Shown: positions 8,935-18,537 of the stretch, one piece after another
Layout: every line of letters begins with the position of its first letter
How positions within the stretch are numbered: the stretch's first letter is position 1
DNA from: Pirellulales bacterium
GTDB taxonomy: Bacteria > Planctomycetota > Planctomycetia > Pirellulales > UBA1268
NCBI GenBank assembly: GCA_965249545.1
Contig: CBDFMH010000005.1
Coordinates: 897,082 to 961,081, forward strand
Direction of reading: 5' to 3'
Length of the DNA stretch: 64,000 nt
The notes under the pieces: model-generated
The model's input: the letters and a program-made list of their open reading frames with translations, nothing else
Database searches by the model: none
Told to the model about the DNA's origin: nothing
Position numbers and translations under genes: made by a program

Positions 8935-10997
8935 TGTCGCTGAGTGCTGTCATTTCACCTAGTGGGATGATAGGAATGTGGATTCTTCAGCCAGCAAGCT
9001 GGCTTGTGATTTTGCAGGTTGCAATTGGTCTTGGCTTTGTCATTTTTGTCCATGAACTCGGACACTTTCTGGTTGCGAAAGCCTGTGGGGTCAAGTGTGA
9101 AAAGTTTTATATCGGCTTTGATATTAACGGTTGGAATCTCGGCAAGTTTACATGGGGTGAGACTGAGTATGGCATCGGTATTCTACCTCTTGGAGGATAC
9201 GTCAAGATGCTTGGGCAGGATGACAATCCCGCGGCCGCAGCTCGTGAAGCCCAGCGGGCGAAAGATATTATTGAGTCAGGTGATTTGCCACCAGAGCCAA
9301 CTTCTGATCCACACCCTGCATGGGACCCGCGCAGTTATCCTGCCCAGTCGGTACCTGAAAGAATGGCAATCATTTCGGCTGGCGTAATCATGAATGTGAT
9401 CTTTGCCGTCCTACTTGCAGCGTGGGCGTTTGGTCTTGGTGTACAAGAGCTGACTTGTGAAGTCTCAAGTGTTCGACCTGGTGGAGCAGCGTGGCGAGCT
9501 GGATTACGTACCGGTGATGAGATTGTTGCCATAGGATCAAAAACTGAACCAGTCTTTACCGATCTGCAGAAAGGTGTGACGCTGGGTGATCCGGCGAAAG
9601 GAATAGATTTCACAGTACGTCGGCCCACTGATGGGAGTGAGCGGACGCTGACGCTGCACCCAGATACAGACCTGGGAATTCCGACAGTCGGCGTGACAAG
9701 TCCATTTTCAGTAACGTTGCCCGAGAGCTTGGAACCCGGGCTTCCTGGGGCTGCTTCTCAAGCGAATCCTGCTTTTGAACCAGGAGATACCATCACGGCA
9801 GTCGATGGAAAAGCTATCTCAAGCTATGCCGAACTGATTGCCTCTCTTGCTGGTAAGGCAGAGGCTTCCATTTCAATTTCGGTGCAGCGTCAAGATAAGA
9901 ATCTATCTATTTCAGTCCCTGCTCAGCCTCGACGTGAAACTGGTTTGGTGATGGTGCCAGGGTTGATTGCGAGTGTTCAAGCGGATTCTCCGGCATCTGC
10001 AGCCAAGCTGAAAGCAGGGGACAGAATTGTTTCTATTGATGGTGAATCATTAGGCAATCCTTTGACGATCGATAACCGACTCAGGAAGCGATCAGGTGAG
10101 GTCGTCTTGTTGGGCGTTCTTCGTACCGATGCAGTTCATAATGCTTCTGGTGAACTAGTTACTGAAACAATCGAAGTCACGCCACGAGACGTTACATGGA
10201 TCGAGCAGGCACGATGGCCCCAAAGTCCGGTAGCTGTTTCAAGTCTCGGTATTGCCTTTAATATCGGGTCCGAGATTGCAAAGGTCATGCCTGGCTCACC
10301 AGCTGCTCGGGCAGGTATTAAAGATGGTGAGTTTGTGACTCGAGCACGATTTGCAAAAAAAGATGAACCTATTGATGAAGATGACCCGGGAGTTGAATTA
10401 TCAGAAGAATCACAGAGCTGGCCATTTGTCATGGCGATGGTTCAGCAGTCACCAAAAGATACACGTCTGCAATTAACAGTGAAGTCATCAGATGGGCTCG
10501 CCAGAGATGTTGAACTGAATCCAATTGATTCAGCCGTTGATTTTGTTATTGATCGCGGACTGGTATTCCGCCCGGTGTACCGTCTTGTGAAAGCTCGTTC
10601 CATCGGTGCTGCGTTGACACAAGGTCTTTCCAAAACCGGTGAAGATCTGTCGATGGTGTATCGATTCTTGCAGAAGATTACGAGTAACCAGATTAGCCCT
10701 CGCCTTCTTGGTGGACCAATTGAAATTGCGAAACAGGCCGGAAAGTCTGCTGAGGAAGGTCTCGGTCGATTATTACTGTTCCTGACGATGTTGAGTGCAA
10801 ATCTTGCCGTCATCAATTTCTTACCCATACCAGTTCTCGATGGTGGGCATATGGTCTTCCTGATGTACGAACTTGTTCGAGGCAAACCGCCAAGTGAAAA
10901 CGTTGTGGCGGCCTTGTCGTACATTGGATTAGTCCTCTTGCTCTCACTCATGCTCTTTGTCTTTGGGCTCGACCTCGGTCTGATTGCTCGACGGTAA
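8934..10997 (+). CDS. rseP: RIP (site-2) zinc metalloprotease RseP family, enlarged PDZ region
   Basis: It has HELGHFLVAKACG (HExxH), the C-terminal NFLPIPVLDGGH, and several PDZ-like segments (GLRTGDEIVAI, PGDTITAVDG, KAGDRIVSIDG, GIKDGEFV). The start ATG 8934 overlaps the dxr stop by 1 nt. The ORF is open from 8922. Confidence 0.9.
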   Translation: MSLSAVISPSGMIGMWILQPASWLVILQVAIGLGFVIFVHELGHFLVAKACGVKCEKFYIGFDINGWNLGKFTWGETEYGIGILPLGGYVKMLGQDDNPAAAAREAQRAKDIIESGDLPPEPTSDPHPAWDPRSYPAQSVPERMAIISAGVIMNVIFAVLLAAWAFGLGVQELTCEVSSVRPGGAAWRAGLRTGDEIVAIGSKTEPVFTDLQKGVTLGDPAKGIDFTVRRPTDGSERTLTLHPDTDLGIPTVGVTSPFSVTLPESLEPGLPGAASQANPAFEPGDTITAVDGKAISSYAELIASLAGKAEASISISVQRQDKNLSISVPAQPRRETGLVMVPGLIASVQADSPASAAKLKAGDRIVSIDGESLGNPLTIDNRLRKRSGEVVLLGVLRTDAVHNASGELVTETIEVTPRDVTWIEQARWPQSPVAVSSLGIAFNIGSEIAKVMPGSPAARAGIKDGEFVTRARFAKKDEPIDEDDPGVELSEESQSWPFVMAMVQQSPKDTRLQLTVKSSDGLARDVELNPIDSAVDFVIDRGLVFRPVYRLVKARSIGAALTQGLSKTGEDLSMVYRFLQKITSNQISPRLLGGPIEIAKQAGKSAEEGLGRLLLFLTMLSANLAVINFLPIPVLDGGHMVFLMYELVRGKPPSENVVAALSYIGLVLLLSLMLFVFGLDLGLIARR

Positions 10998-11120
10998 ACA
11001 GCTTTTGTGCCTGACACGTGCGGTTTTTGCCCCCATTCAATGAGCTAAAAAGGTTTTCCCATACCCGGGTGAACTGGCGGCGTCTATTCTTGTTGAAGTT
11101 CGAAATCGTCGGAGTTCATC

Positions 11121-11822
11121 ATGACAGTCGCAATTTCCCCTAGTCTCCCACATGACCTTTTCACCGGTGTCGACACCGTTGTATTCGACGTTGTAGGGAC
11201 ACTTTTGGAACCAGCACCATCAGTTTCAGAGGCATATAAGAACTCCTCTGAGAAGCTTGGAGTGACGCTCTCGTCAAGTGAAATATCCAAGCGATTTTCT
11301 ATCGCATGGGAAAAGCAGGAATCTCTGGATGCTCAAAATAAACCGGCCTTTTCAACAAGTAGAAGCCGGGAGTACGAACGGTGGCAGCAGATAGTCTGCG
11401 ATGTCTTTGAAGACTCACCGGCTGCAGGCAAAATTTTTGAAGATTTGTGGATTCATTTTGGTAAGCCTTCTTCGTGGCAACCGGTCGAGCAGGGTTGTCG
11501 TCTTCTTGAGGCTGTTCGTGAGTCCGGAATTGATGTGGCAGTAGCCAGCAATTTTGATGAACGATTGCTTCCTCTTGCAAAACATGTCGAACCTCTTATT
11601 AGCATTGAGAAAATTTTTGCATCATCCGAACTTGGTTGGAGGAAACCGGCCCCACAATTCTTTCAGGCAGTGGAGTCACGACTGCAGAAAGAGCCTGATC
11701 AACTTCTTCTCGTAGGAGATGATCCTCGGCTGGATATAGCTGCTGCCAATGCTGCTGGATGGAAAAGTATGCGGATTGGCCAGCCTCCTGCGTATTCACT
11801 GAGATCCTCTGAGATTGCCTAG
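11121..11822 (+). CDS. HAD-superfamily hydrolase (subfamily IA-like)
   Basis: Motif I is VVFDVVGTLLEP, motif II AVASNF, and motif III/IV KPAPQFF...LLVGDDPRLDIAAANAAG. Confidence 0.75.
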   Translation: MTVAISPSLPHDLFTGVDTVVFDVVGTLLEPAPSVSEAYKNSSEKLGVTLSSSEISKRFSIAWEKQESLDAQNKPAFSTSRSREYERWQQIVCDVFEDSPAAGKIFEDLWIHFGKPSSWQPVEQGCRLLEAVRESGIDVAVASNFDERLLPLAKHVEPLISIEKIFASSELGWRKPAPQFFQAVESRLQKEPDQLLLVGDDPRLDIAAANAAGWKSMRIGQPPAYSLRSSEIA

Positions 11823-12151
11823 AAAATCGGGAGCATCGGCGATGGGAAATTATCGAAGTGGAAATAGGCAAGGTGTGTGATCTTTACGGCGATCGGTAGA
11901 CAATTCTCTTAAGAGACGGTTAAACGACTCCAAAAAGTTGTCTTGCTGCTCGTTGGCCGAGAATTGCGGGTATATACCGGTGAACATGTTTATAGACGCG
12001 ACAGATGCATCTATGACTTTGCGGAATAGGTAGAGTTTCTTCGGTAAACCTTGTTTTCGCCCCGCCAGCTTCGAGTTGTGTCGATGGTAACACCTAGAGC
12101 GGTTGTCTGGTTTTCTTGAACCTTTCGTCTCACATTCCTGGGTGGAAAAAC

Positions 12152-12949
12152 ATGGCTTACACACATTCACATACTGGCAACATCAATATGACTGGAACGA
12201 ATCAGTCGTTCAAGCAATGCCAGCTTGTTGTTGTTTTCGCACTGAGTCTGCTGGGACTTACGGCCATCAATTCTGTGCGAGCAGCTAATGACTGCGAATC
12301 GTTTCTCTCATGCTGCGATACTGGTACAAACTGTCGACAGTTTTATCTTGGTGGAATTGTTGGTGCAGACTTTGGCACGCTAAACAAAGAGCCAGGGACG
12401 GTCACTGCTGTGCCACAAACTGCTGTGCCAAACCAGTCACTATTTACAACTGGCGGCACGCTGGGAATACGGTCTCTTCGTGATAACGGAGCGTGGCGCT
12501 TCGAGTTTGAAGGCCGCGGACGCGAGCAAATTTCTGCTACAGATACTATCGCAGGCGGTAGTGCGACTGTTGCTGCCCGTGATGGATGGTCAACGATGGT
12601 TAATATTTGGCGTGACTATAATGTTGTTGGAGACGTTGCTTTGTACGCTGGTGCCGGTATTGGTGCCGGTGGCTATCGATCTGTAGTGAACGCTTCCATC
12701 ACAGGTGTTCCCGGAAGTATTTCAAGCAATGAAAATGTCTCAAATTTTGCCTGGCAGGCTGGTGGCGGGGTTATTTATAATGTTTCAAAACACATAGCCG
12801 TCGATCTCGGGTACCGATTCTTTTCAATTGGTGACAACACTGAAAATATTCAAAACTTTGGTGTTCCGGGTGAATACATCACAAATTATTCTGCGAGTGA
12901 GCTATTGCTCACGGTACGAATTTACGAGCCATTCCGTCGCTGGCGTTAA
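12152..12949 (+). CDS. Outer-membrane beta-barrel (OmpA-barrel/porin-like) protein
   Basis: A signal peptide (LVVVFALSLLGLTAINSVRA) is followed by alternating amphipathic strands with aromatic girdles (WQAGGGVIYNVS, AVDLGYRFFS) and a C-terminal strand ELLLTVRIYEPF. The start is uncertain (12116, 12152 or 12188). Confidence 0.65.
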   Translation: MAYTHSHTGNINMTGTNQSFKQCQLVVVFALSLLGLTAINSVRAANDCESFLSCCDTGTNCRQFYLGGIVGADFGTLNKEPGTVTAVPQTAVPNQSLFTTGGTLGIRSLRDNGAWRFEFEGRGREQISATDTIAGGSATVAARDGWSTMVNIWRDYNVVGDVALYAGAGIGAGGYRSVVNASITGVPGSISSNENVSNFAWQAGGGVIYNVSKHIAVDLGYRFFSIGDNTENIQNFGVPGEYITNYSASELLLTVRIYEPFRRWR

Positions 12950-13014
12950 GCCGAGTATCAGAGGTCAATATCCTAAGGCACTCGCGGCAATCAAAAGAGC
13001 AGAAGAGGGTTTCT

Positions 13015-13046
13015 TCAAGACATGTGCCAGCAACGGCATGTCTTGA
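13015..13046. terminator. Perfect 10-bp stem hairpin between convergent genes
   Basis: TCAAGACATG (13015-13024) pairs with CATGTCTTGA (13037-13046) across a 12-nt loop. It lies between the 3' ends of the barrel gene and lepA. No U-tract is present on either strand, so the terminator role is only inferred. Confidence 0.4.
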
Positions 13047-13081
13047 GAGATTAAAACAGAGTAGGGCATCACATATCGCCG

Positions 13082-14893
13082 TTACTGTCGCTCTGCACCC
13101 GTTTCAAGAACAGCCATAAAGGCCTTTTGAGGAATGTCGACTGAGCCGATACTCTTCATCCGCTTCTTACCCTCTTTTTGTTTCGCCCAGAGTTTTTTCT
13201 TTCGAGAGATGTCACCGCCATAACACTTTGCCGTGACATTTTTGCGGAGTGCAGAAATTGTTTCTCGTGCAATTATCTTTGTACCGATTGCAGCCTGTAA
13301 GGCGACTTCAAACATGTGGCGATCAATCTCACCACGCAGTTTCTTGACAATGGCTCGACCCCTTCTGTCAGCATCTCTGCGGTCACAGATGATCGAAAGG
13401 GCATCCACCTTTTTGCCGCCAACAAGAATATCAAGTCGGGCAAGATCAGCAGGAAAGTATCCCTGTAACTCATAGTCCAGTGTGCCGTATCCACGGGTCA
13501 CGCTCTTAATTTTGTCATGGAGATCGTAAATCACTTCACCTAGTGGAAGATCAAATGAAAGCATAGCTCGTGTTGGAGAAAGATATTCTGTTTTCAGGAA
13601 CACTCCACGCCGATCACTGCACAATTGCATGACAGGACCAATAAATTCCACTGGTACGAGAAAATTACACCGGACAATTGGCTGACGAAACTCTTCAATT
13701 TGTCCTGTGTCAGGAACATCTTGAGGATTCCTTATTTCAAGAGTCTCACCGTTCTTTAAAAGAAGCTGATACGTCACGTTGGGTGCAGTCTGAACGAGGT
13801 CCAGGTCTGCTTCCTGCTCAAGTCGTTGCTGGATGATCTCCATATGCAAAAGGCCAAGGAAACCACAGCGGAAACCAAAGCCAAGTGCCTCGCTACTCTC
13901 AGGCTGAAACTCAAACGAAGGGTCATTGATAGCCAGCCGTTCAAGGGACTCCCGCAATTCCTCAAAGTTTTCACCTTCAGACGGGTAGAGTCCACAGTAG
14001 ACCATTCGCTGCGGCGGTTTGTAGCCAGCAACGGCAGGCGCTCCGTCCTTGCCTGGGACGGTCAGTGTGTCACCGATATGCACATGCTCCACATCTTTGA
14101 TATTACAGACCAGGTACCCCACCTGACCGGCGGCAAGTTGGTCGCATGATCGTCGCTGAGGGACAAACTGTCCAAGATCAAGGACTTCGTGGGTGACACC
14201 GGTTTTCAGAAAGCGAATCTTTTGGCCCTTTGTCACAGTGCCATCAATGATTCGGACATAGGTGATGACACCGCGATAGCTGTCATAGTGACTGTCAAAA
14301 ATTAGTGCCTGTAATACTTTTTCTGGATCACCCTGTGGCGGTGGTATCCGATCAATGATCGCAGCTAACAGGTCGTCGATGCCGATGCCAGTTTTCGCGC
14401 TGGCTCGAATGACTTCTTCAGGTTCAATGGCGAGTGATTGCTCCATCTCGAGAAGGACTTCATCAACCCGTGCATGAACAAGATCAACCTTGTTAATAAC
14501 AGGCACAATTTCAAGATCTTCATTGATGGCGGCATAGGCGTTGGCAACCGTCTGAGCCTCCACACCTTGAAAAGCATCAACAAGCAAAACAGCTCCCTCA
14601 CAACAAGCGAGAGAACGTGAAACCTCGTAGTGGAAGTCGACGTGGCCTGGCGTATCAATCAGGTTAAGTTCGTATAACTCTCCATTATGACGGTATTCCA
14701 TACGAACGGCTCGAGCTTTGATGGTGATACCCCGCTGCCGCTCAAGCTCCATGTCGTCGAGCATTTGTGTCTTCAGTTGACGTTTTTCAACCGTGCCAGT
14801 GTTTTCCAGCAATCGGTCGGCCAGCGTACTTTTGCCGTGATCGATGTGGGCAACGATTGAAAAGTTGCGAATATGCTTGCAGTCGAACGGCAT
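13082..14893 (-). CDS. lepA: Translation elongation factor 4 (LepA)
   Basis: Motifs include IRNFSIVAHIDHGKSTLADRLLE, DTPGHVDF and NKVDL, plus the LepA-specific C-terminal domain (RKNVTAKCYGGDISRKKKLW). Confidence 0.95.
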   Translation of the reverse strand: MPFDCKHIRNFSIVAHIDHGKSTLADRLLENTGTVEKRQLKTQMLDDMELERQRGITIKARAVRMEYRHNGELYELNLIDTPGHVDFHYEVSRSLACCEGAVLLVDAFQGVEAQTVANAYAAINEDLEIVPVINKVDLVHARVDEVLLEMEQSLAIEPEEVIRASAKTGIGIDDLLAAIIDRIPPPQGDPEKVLQALIFDSHYDSYRGVITYVRIIDGTVTKGQKIRFLKTGVTHEVLDLGQFVPQRRSCDQLAAGQVGYLVCNIKDVEHVHIGDTLTVPGKDGAPAVAGYKPPQRMVYCGLYPSEGENFEELRESLERLAINDPSFEFQPESSEALGFGFRCGFLGLLHMEIIQQRLEQEADLDLVQTAPNVTYQLLLKNGETLEIRNPQDVPDTGQIEEFRQPIVRCNFLVPVEFIGPVMQLCSDRRGVFLKTEYLSPTRAMLSFDLPLGEVIYDLHDKIKSVTRGYGTLDYELQGYFPADLARLDILVGGKKVDALSIICDRRDADRRGRAIVKKLRGEIDRHMFEVALQAAIGTKIIARETISALRKNVTAKCYGGDISRKKKLWAKQKEGKKRMKSIGSVDIPQKAFMAVLETGAERQ

Positions 14894-14926
14894 TCAGGAA
14901 ATCTTTCCGTGAGATGATGAGGGTGT

Positions 14927-15985
14927 CTAGGCGTGCGTGTGAGAATGCTGCTGTTTCCAGGCGAGTCGACCGAGTCCGGCTGCACCAATAGAGCCTGCAT
15001 CACCACCAAGCGTAGCGAATCGAAGGGCTGTTTTTTTTGCGAGTGTTGGAAATGTACGGCGGCGGACGGACGTGTCGATACGGTTAAGAAATGCTTGTCC
15101 AACGGGGTGTTTCTCCCGGCCGAACGTCATTGCTCCACCTAGGATGATAGCTGATGGATCAATAGTATGCATGAGTGTCACAATTCCGATAGCAAGCCAA
15201 TCAGCCGTCTCCATGACGAGGCCCATTGCCAGTTGATCTCCTTGTTCAGCATGATTCCCTATCAGGATGGGTGTTAAGGGTTCTCCCTGATTGACAGCAT
15301 CTGCCAGAGTTCCGGTACCACCATTACGAATCCGTTCAGAGGCTATTGCTTTGAGTGCCGTGGCACTTGCGTAGGCTTCAAGATGACCTGGTTGCCCGCA
15401 TGGGCACATGCGAGCAGAAGGTGAGGAGTCGACAATAATGTGCCCACACTCTGCCCCGTGGCTGTGTGCCCCTTCAATAGTCATATCACCAATGATGATG
15501 CCACCACCAACTCCTGTACCAAGCGTCAGGAGAATGAGGCTCGTGTCATCTCGTCCGGAACCCACCCAGAATTCTCCGTATGCAGCCGCGGTTGCATCAT
15601 TTGCATACGTGACGGTATGGCCACAATGCTCTGCGACACGATCACGCACTGGAAAATTCTCCCAACCAGGAAGATTGCCGGGTTTGAGTAAAACGCCGGT
15701 TGAGAGATCCTGTGGGCCTGGAGTGCCGAGACCAACAGCCGCTATGTCAGAGCGAGCAAGACCAACACAACGTGCCAGAAGCTCAACAGAATGTCCCATT
15801 CGGACGGCAGCATCATCGGGCCCGTTTTGGACATTGGTTGGTTCGGTATGAAATGCCACCAAGTGGCCATGGTCATCAACCAGCGCTGCTTTAATATTGG
15901 TGCCGCCTAGATCAATTCCGACAAACAAAGGGCCGGATACATCGGCATCCGGTAGGAGCAGGTGCGGTGATTTAGTTACTGGCAT
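14927..15985 (-). CDS. ROK-family glucokinase
   Basis: It has the N-terminal ATPase motif VGIDLGGTNIKAALV, the ROK signature GTGVGGGIII, and the zinc motif CPCGQPGHLEAYAS. Confidence 0.85.
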   Translation of the reverse strand: MPVTKSPHLLLPDADVSGPLFVGIDLGGTNIKAALVDDHGHLVAFHTEPTNVQNGPDDAAVRMGHSVELLARCVGLARSDIAAVGLGTPGPQDLSTGVLLKPGNLPGWENFPVRDRVAEHCGHTVTYANDATAAAYGEFWVGSGRDDTSLILLTLGTGVGGGIIIGDMTIEGAHSHGAECGHIIVDSSPSARMCPCGQPGHLEAYASATALKAIASERIRNGGTGTLADAVNQGEPLTPILIGNHAEQGDQLAMGLVMETADWLAIGIVTLMHTIDPSAIILGGAMTFGREKHPVGQAFLNRIDTSVRRRTFPTLAKKTALRFATLGGDAGSIGAAGLGRLAWKQQHSHTHA

Positions 15986-16340
15986 CAGAGGGAGGTTCTT
16001 TGGGTTGACTTTTGTCAGCAGCTTCGGATTCTATTGAGCCAGTTGGCTGCTTGTCTGATTGAGAGACTGATTTTTCTGCGGCTTCTATTTCTCGATCAGC
16101 AGCAGCCTTTGCTGCATCAGCTGATTGCCGGGCAGCGCGAGCTTTACCAACTTCTTTTTCAGCAGTACTAGGTTTTACTGCCCCATCATTTTTATTGAGA
16201 TCAAGAATTTCAATAGTCTCAATTTCAATAACTTCACTCGGAGGTGGCTCCTTTGAAGAGCATCCAAGAAACCACGTACCTAGGCTTAAGAAACAAATTA
16301 TATAGACGGCTTTCATTTGATAGTTCTTTAGTCGTTTCAT
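15972..16340 (-). CDS. Lipoprotein, unknown function
   Basis: A lipobox follows the signal sequence (FLSLGTWFLGCSS). The remainder is low-complexity and rich in A, E and K. The ORF is open to 16409, and ATG 16340 or 16316 is the probable start. Confidence 0.55.
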   Translation of the reverse strand: MKRLKNYQMKAVYIICFLSLGTWFLGCSSKEPPPSEVIEIETIEILDLNKNDGAVKPSTAEKEVGKARAARQSADAAKAAADREIEAAEKSVSQSDKQPTGSIESEAADKSQPKEPPSDASN

Positions 16341-16426
16341 GATGATATTCCTCATAAAGGACAGAGAAGCATTCCTTGAGATCGTTACATATTGATTCAC
16401 TATCTTCAAATCAAAGTATGCGGTAG

Positions 16427-16924
16427 CTAAACCGCTGCTTCAATGACTTGTGCTGTGACAAGCCATTGAAGTTCTCCGGGCTGACTGAGCCCATTATCCA
16501 GACAGATTGACGCAATGGCACCTTTTTGCATGCGAATAGAAGCGTTGCCATCTCCAATCGCCTTTGCAACCAGTCGGCCAACGCATGGAGCATGCCCCAC
16601 CCATGCGACCTTGGCGACGTTTTCTTCAGTTGTCCACTCAGCTATTTCTTGCCAATTTGACCCGGGAGCAAGCGAGTCATGAATTTCGAGGCGGGGAGTT
16701 TTGAGCACATCGACCATGATCTCTGCTGTCTCACGGGTTCGCACCAACGGACTTGTAACGATCAGGTCAACCTCCAGTCCAAATGCTTGCATGAAGCGAA
16801 TGAACTGTTCGAATCGTTTACGTCCTTTTTTAGTTAGCCGACGGTCATAATCGTCTTGGTCGAGGCCGCATTCTTCGGCCCACGCATGACGAATAATATA
16901 GAGCTGTGTTGGGAACATGTGCAT
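16427..16924 (-). CDS. sixA: Phosphohistidine phosphatase SixA-like (histidine phosphatase superfamily)
   Basis: YIIRHAWAE (RH motif), LTKKGRKRFE and VTSPLVRTRETAEIM parallel E. coli SixA motifs. The size is about 165 aa. Confidence 0.75.
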   Translation of the reverse strand: MHMFPTQLYIIRHAWAEECGLDQDDYDRRLTKKGRKRFEQFIRFMQAFGLEVDLIVTSPLVRTRETAEIMVDVLKTPRLEIHDSLAPGSNWQEIAEWTTEENVAKVAWVGHAPCVGRLVAKAIGDGNASIRMQKGAIASICLDNGLSQPGELQWLVTAQVIEAAV

Positions 16925-16960
16925 AAAAATATTGTGAATACCTTCTCGTTCTTGAGCAAG

Positions 16961-17950
16961 TCAGGATTTTCTCCATAGGACGTCATCGCTGATACTCATG
17001 CGGTGACGATCTTTTTCTGTCTCGTGCCACCAGCGTCGGGCATCGACTGGATAGCCAGCCGTTGGATGGAGTGATGGTATGTGATCTCTCCAAAAGCTAT
17101 TAAACACATCCATTGCGAGCTCACGTGTGTATTTCGCTGTCATACTTGCAACGGCGACAGGCAGCTGGGATTCACCACCCACAGAAAAATGAATGAATGT
17201 AGGACATTCTCTGTCATGAATACGGTAATGAGAGTAGCGAGTTGTTTCTGATAATGGCTCAACTCGTGCCGCATCGAAGCAGTGTGAGACAACGCCTGCA
17301 TACCGCTTGCGGCCACCATGCCGATCGCACCAGATAACAGCAGGCATATGAGGGTGCTGGTTGCGAAGATCAAAGGCAAGTTGCAGGGATGCTTGTGACA
17401 GGATGTCCGATTTGTTCATTCCAGTGTCGAGTGCAGCATTAAAAGCCTCTGGAAATATCCATCGACACGACAGGCCTGTAAGCCGAATGGCATGGGTTCG
17501 CAATTGTCCGGCTGCCTGGTCAGACTGTTCGATAGCCTGTGGTACTTTCGTTGCAAGCGGCAGTGTCACTGCATTGAGTTTTTTCCAGCAGCCGAGTTCG
17601 GCATCATCAGGTGATTGCAGTGCGAGTAGCGAGAGAAGGCGATCACTGGTTTCGGGCAGTGTGTTTGTCGCTATTTGAACCGCCGCGAACACGCCTCGCT
17701 CTAATGGTTCAAGTGTTTCGGACTTTGTACTTTTCCGACTGAATATTTTTTTTGAATCACCCCAAGGTGGTCCTCGTCCTGCACGATAGTCATCATGAAT
17801 ATCATTTTGTAATTCAATAAACTGTTCCGCTGCCTTTGTGGATATATGATCACTTTGTAGTTCATTTATCTGCCATGATGAGCCACCGATAACAAGTGGG
17901 CCAAGGTTCGGTCCATACCCCGCTTCATCAATGCCAATTACCAAAGTCAT
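16961..17950 (-). CDS. RNase HII-family-like protein with a large internal insertion
   Basis: GIDEAGYGPNLGPLV (compare RNase HII GIDEAGRGPxxGP), GDSKKI (DSK motif), VAVASMTAKYTRE and AGYPVD are present in RNase HII order. They are spread over about 330 aa. ATG 17950 forms an ATGA overlap with the upstream TrmH-family stop. Confidence 0.55.
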   Translation of the reverse strand: MTLVIGIDEAGYGPNLGPLVIGGSSWQINELQSDHISTKAAEQFIELQNDIHDDYRAGRGPPWGDSKKIFSRKSTKSETLEPLERGVFAAVQIATNTLPETSDRLLSLLALQSPDDAELGCWKKLNAVTLPLATKVPQAIEQSDQAAGQLRTHAIRLTGLSCRWIFPEAFNAALDTGMNKSDILSQASLQLAFDLRNQHPHMPAVIWCDRHGGRKRYAGVVSHCFDAARVEPLSETTRYSHYRIHDRECPTFIHFSVGGESQLPVAVASMTAKYTRELAMDVFNSFWRDHIPSLHPTAGYPVDARRWWHETEKDRHRMSISDDVLWRKS

Positions 17951-18537
17951 GAGTCCACACCTGTCGGAGGCTTTGGTGTGCCGTTTGGAAATTGCCGACA
18001 ATACTCATAGATGGCGACAGCAGTTGATGTTGCTGCGTTCAGGCTGTGGGGTAGTCCTGCCATTGGAATTTCCGCAACACGATCGAGTCGGCTGAGGATC
18101 TCTGGGTCGATGCCAAGCCGCTCATTCCCGATGACAAGGACAGTCTTGCTTACAAACGGAAATGAAAAGAGGCATTCAGAACGCGTTGACTGTTCAAGAC
18201 CAACCAGTTCCCAGCCAGAAAGTCTCAATTTATCAAGGACTGGTGCGAGGCTTCGATGAACTTCGATTGAAATTTCCTGCGACGCTTCCCGAGCAATTTT
18301 CTCATCGAGCTTGCTGGAACCGCAGGTAATTAAATGACGGATGCCAAAACATCCACAGGTTCGTACGATGTTAGACAGATTCACTTTGCTACGAAAAGCA
18401 GGGCAGGCTACAACCAGCTCTCGAGGACCAGCCAAGTGATGTGGCGGTCGATGTCGAATATGTTCAAACGAGAGTCCAGTAGGCGATGACATGATCTGTA
18501 GCATGACACGAAACACACAATTTCTAAAGCGGCTCAT
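17947..18537 (-). CDS. TrmH/SpoU-family RNA 2'-O-methyltransferase
   Basis: SpoU motifs are present: NLSNIVRTCGCFG, VLVIGNERLGI and IPMAGLPHSLNAATSTAVAIYE. The true start may be an internal ATG at 18504 or 18492. Confidence 0.8.
   Translation of the reverse strand: MSRFRNCVFRVMLQIMSSPTGLSFEHIRHRPPHHLAGPRELVVACPAFRSKVNLSNIVRTCGCFGIRHLITCGSSKLDEKIAREASQEISIEVHRSLAPVLDKLRLSGWELVGLEQSTRSECLFSFPFVSKTVLVIGNERLGIDPEILSRLDRVAEIPMAGLPHSLNAATSTAVAIYEYCRQFPNGTPKPPTGVDS

Noticed and set aside
10442-11017. Minus-strand ORF of 191 aa antisense to the 3' part of rseP
   Set aside because: It overlaps the conserved NFLPIPVLDGGH region of RseP on the plus strand and has no motifs of its own.
11850-12170. Minus-strand ORF of 106 aa filling the 290-nt gap upstream of the outer-membrane barrel gene, also considered as a possible sRNA region
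   Set aside because: It has no signal, motif or plausible ribosome-binding context. I also could not identify any conserved RNA structure by eye. It is most likely a promoter or leader region.
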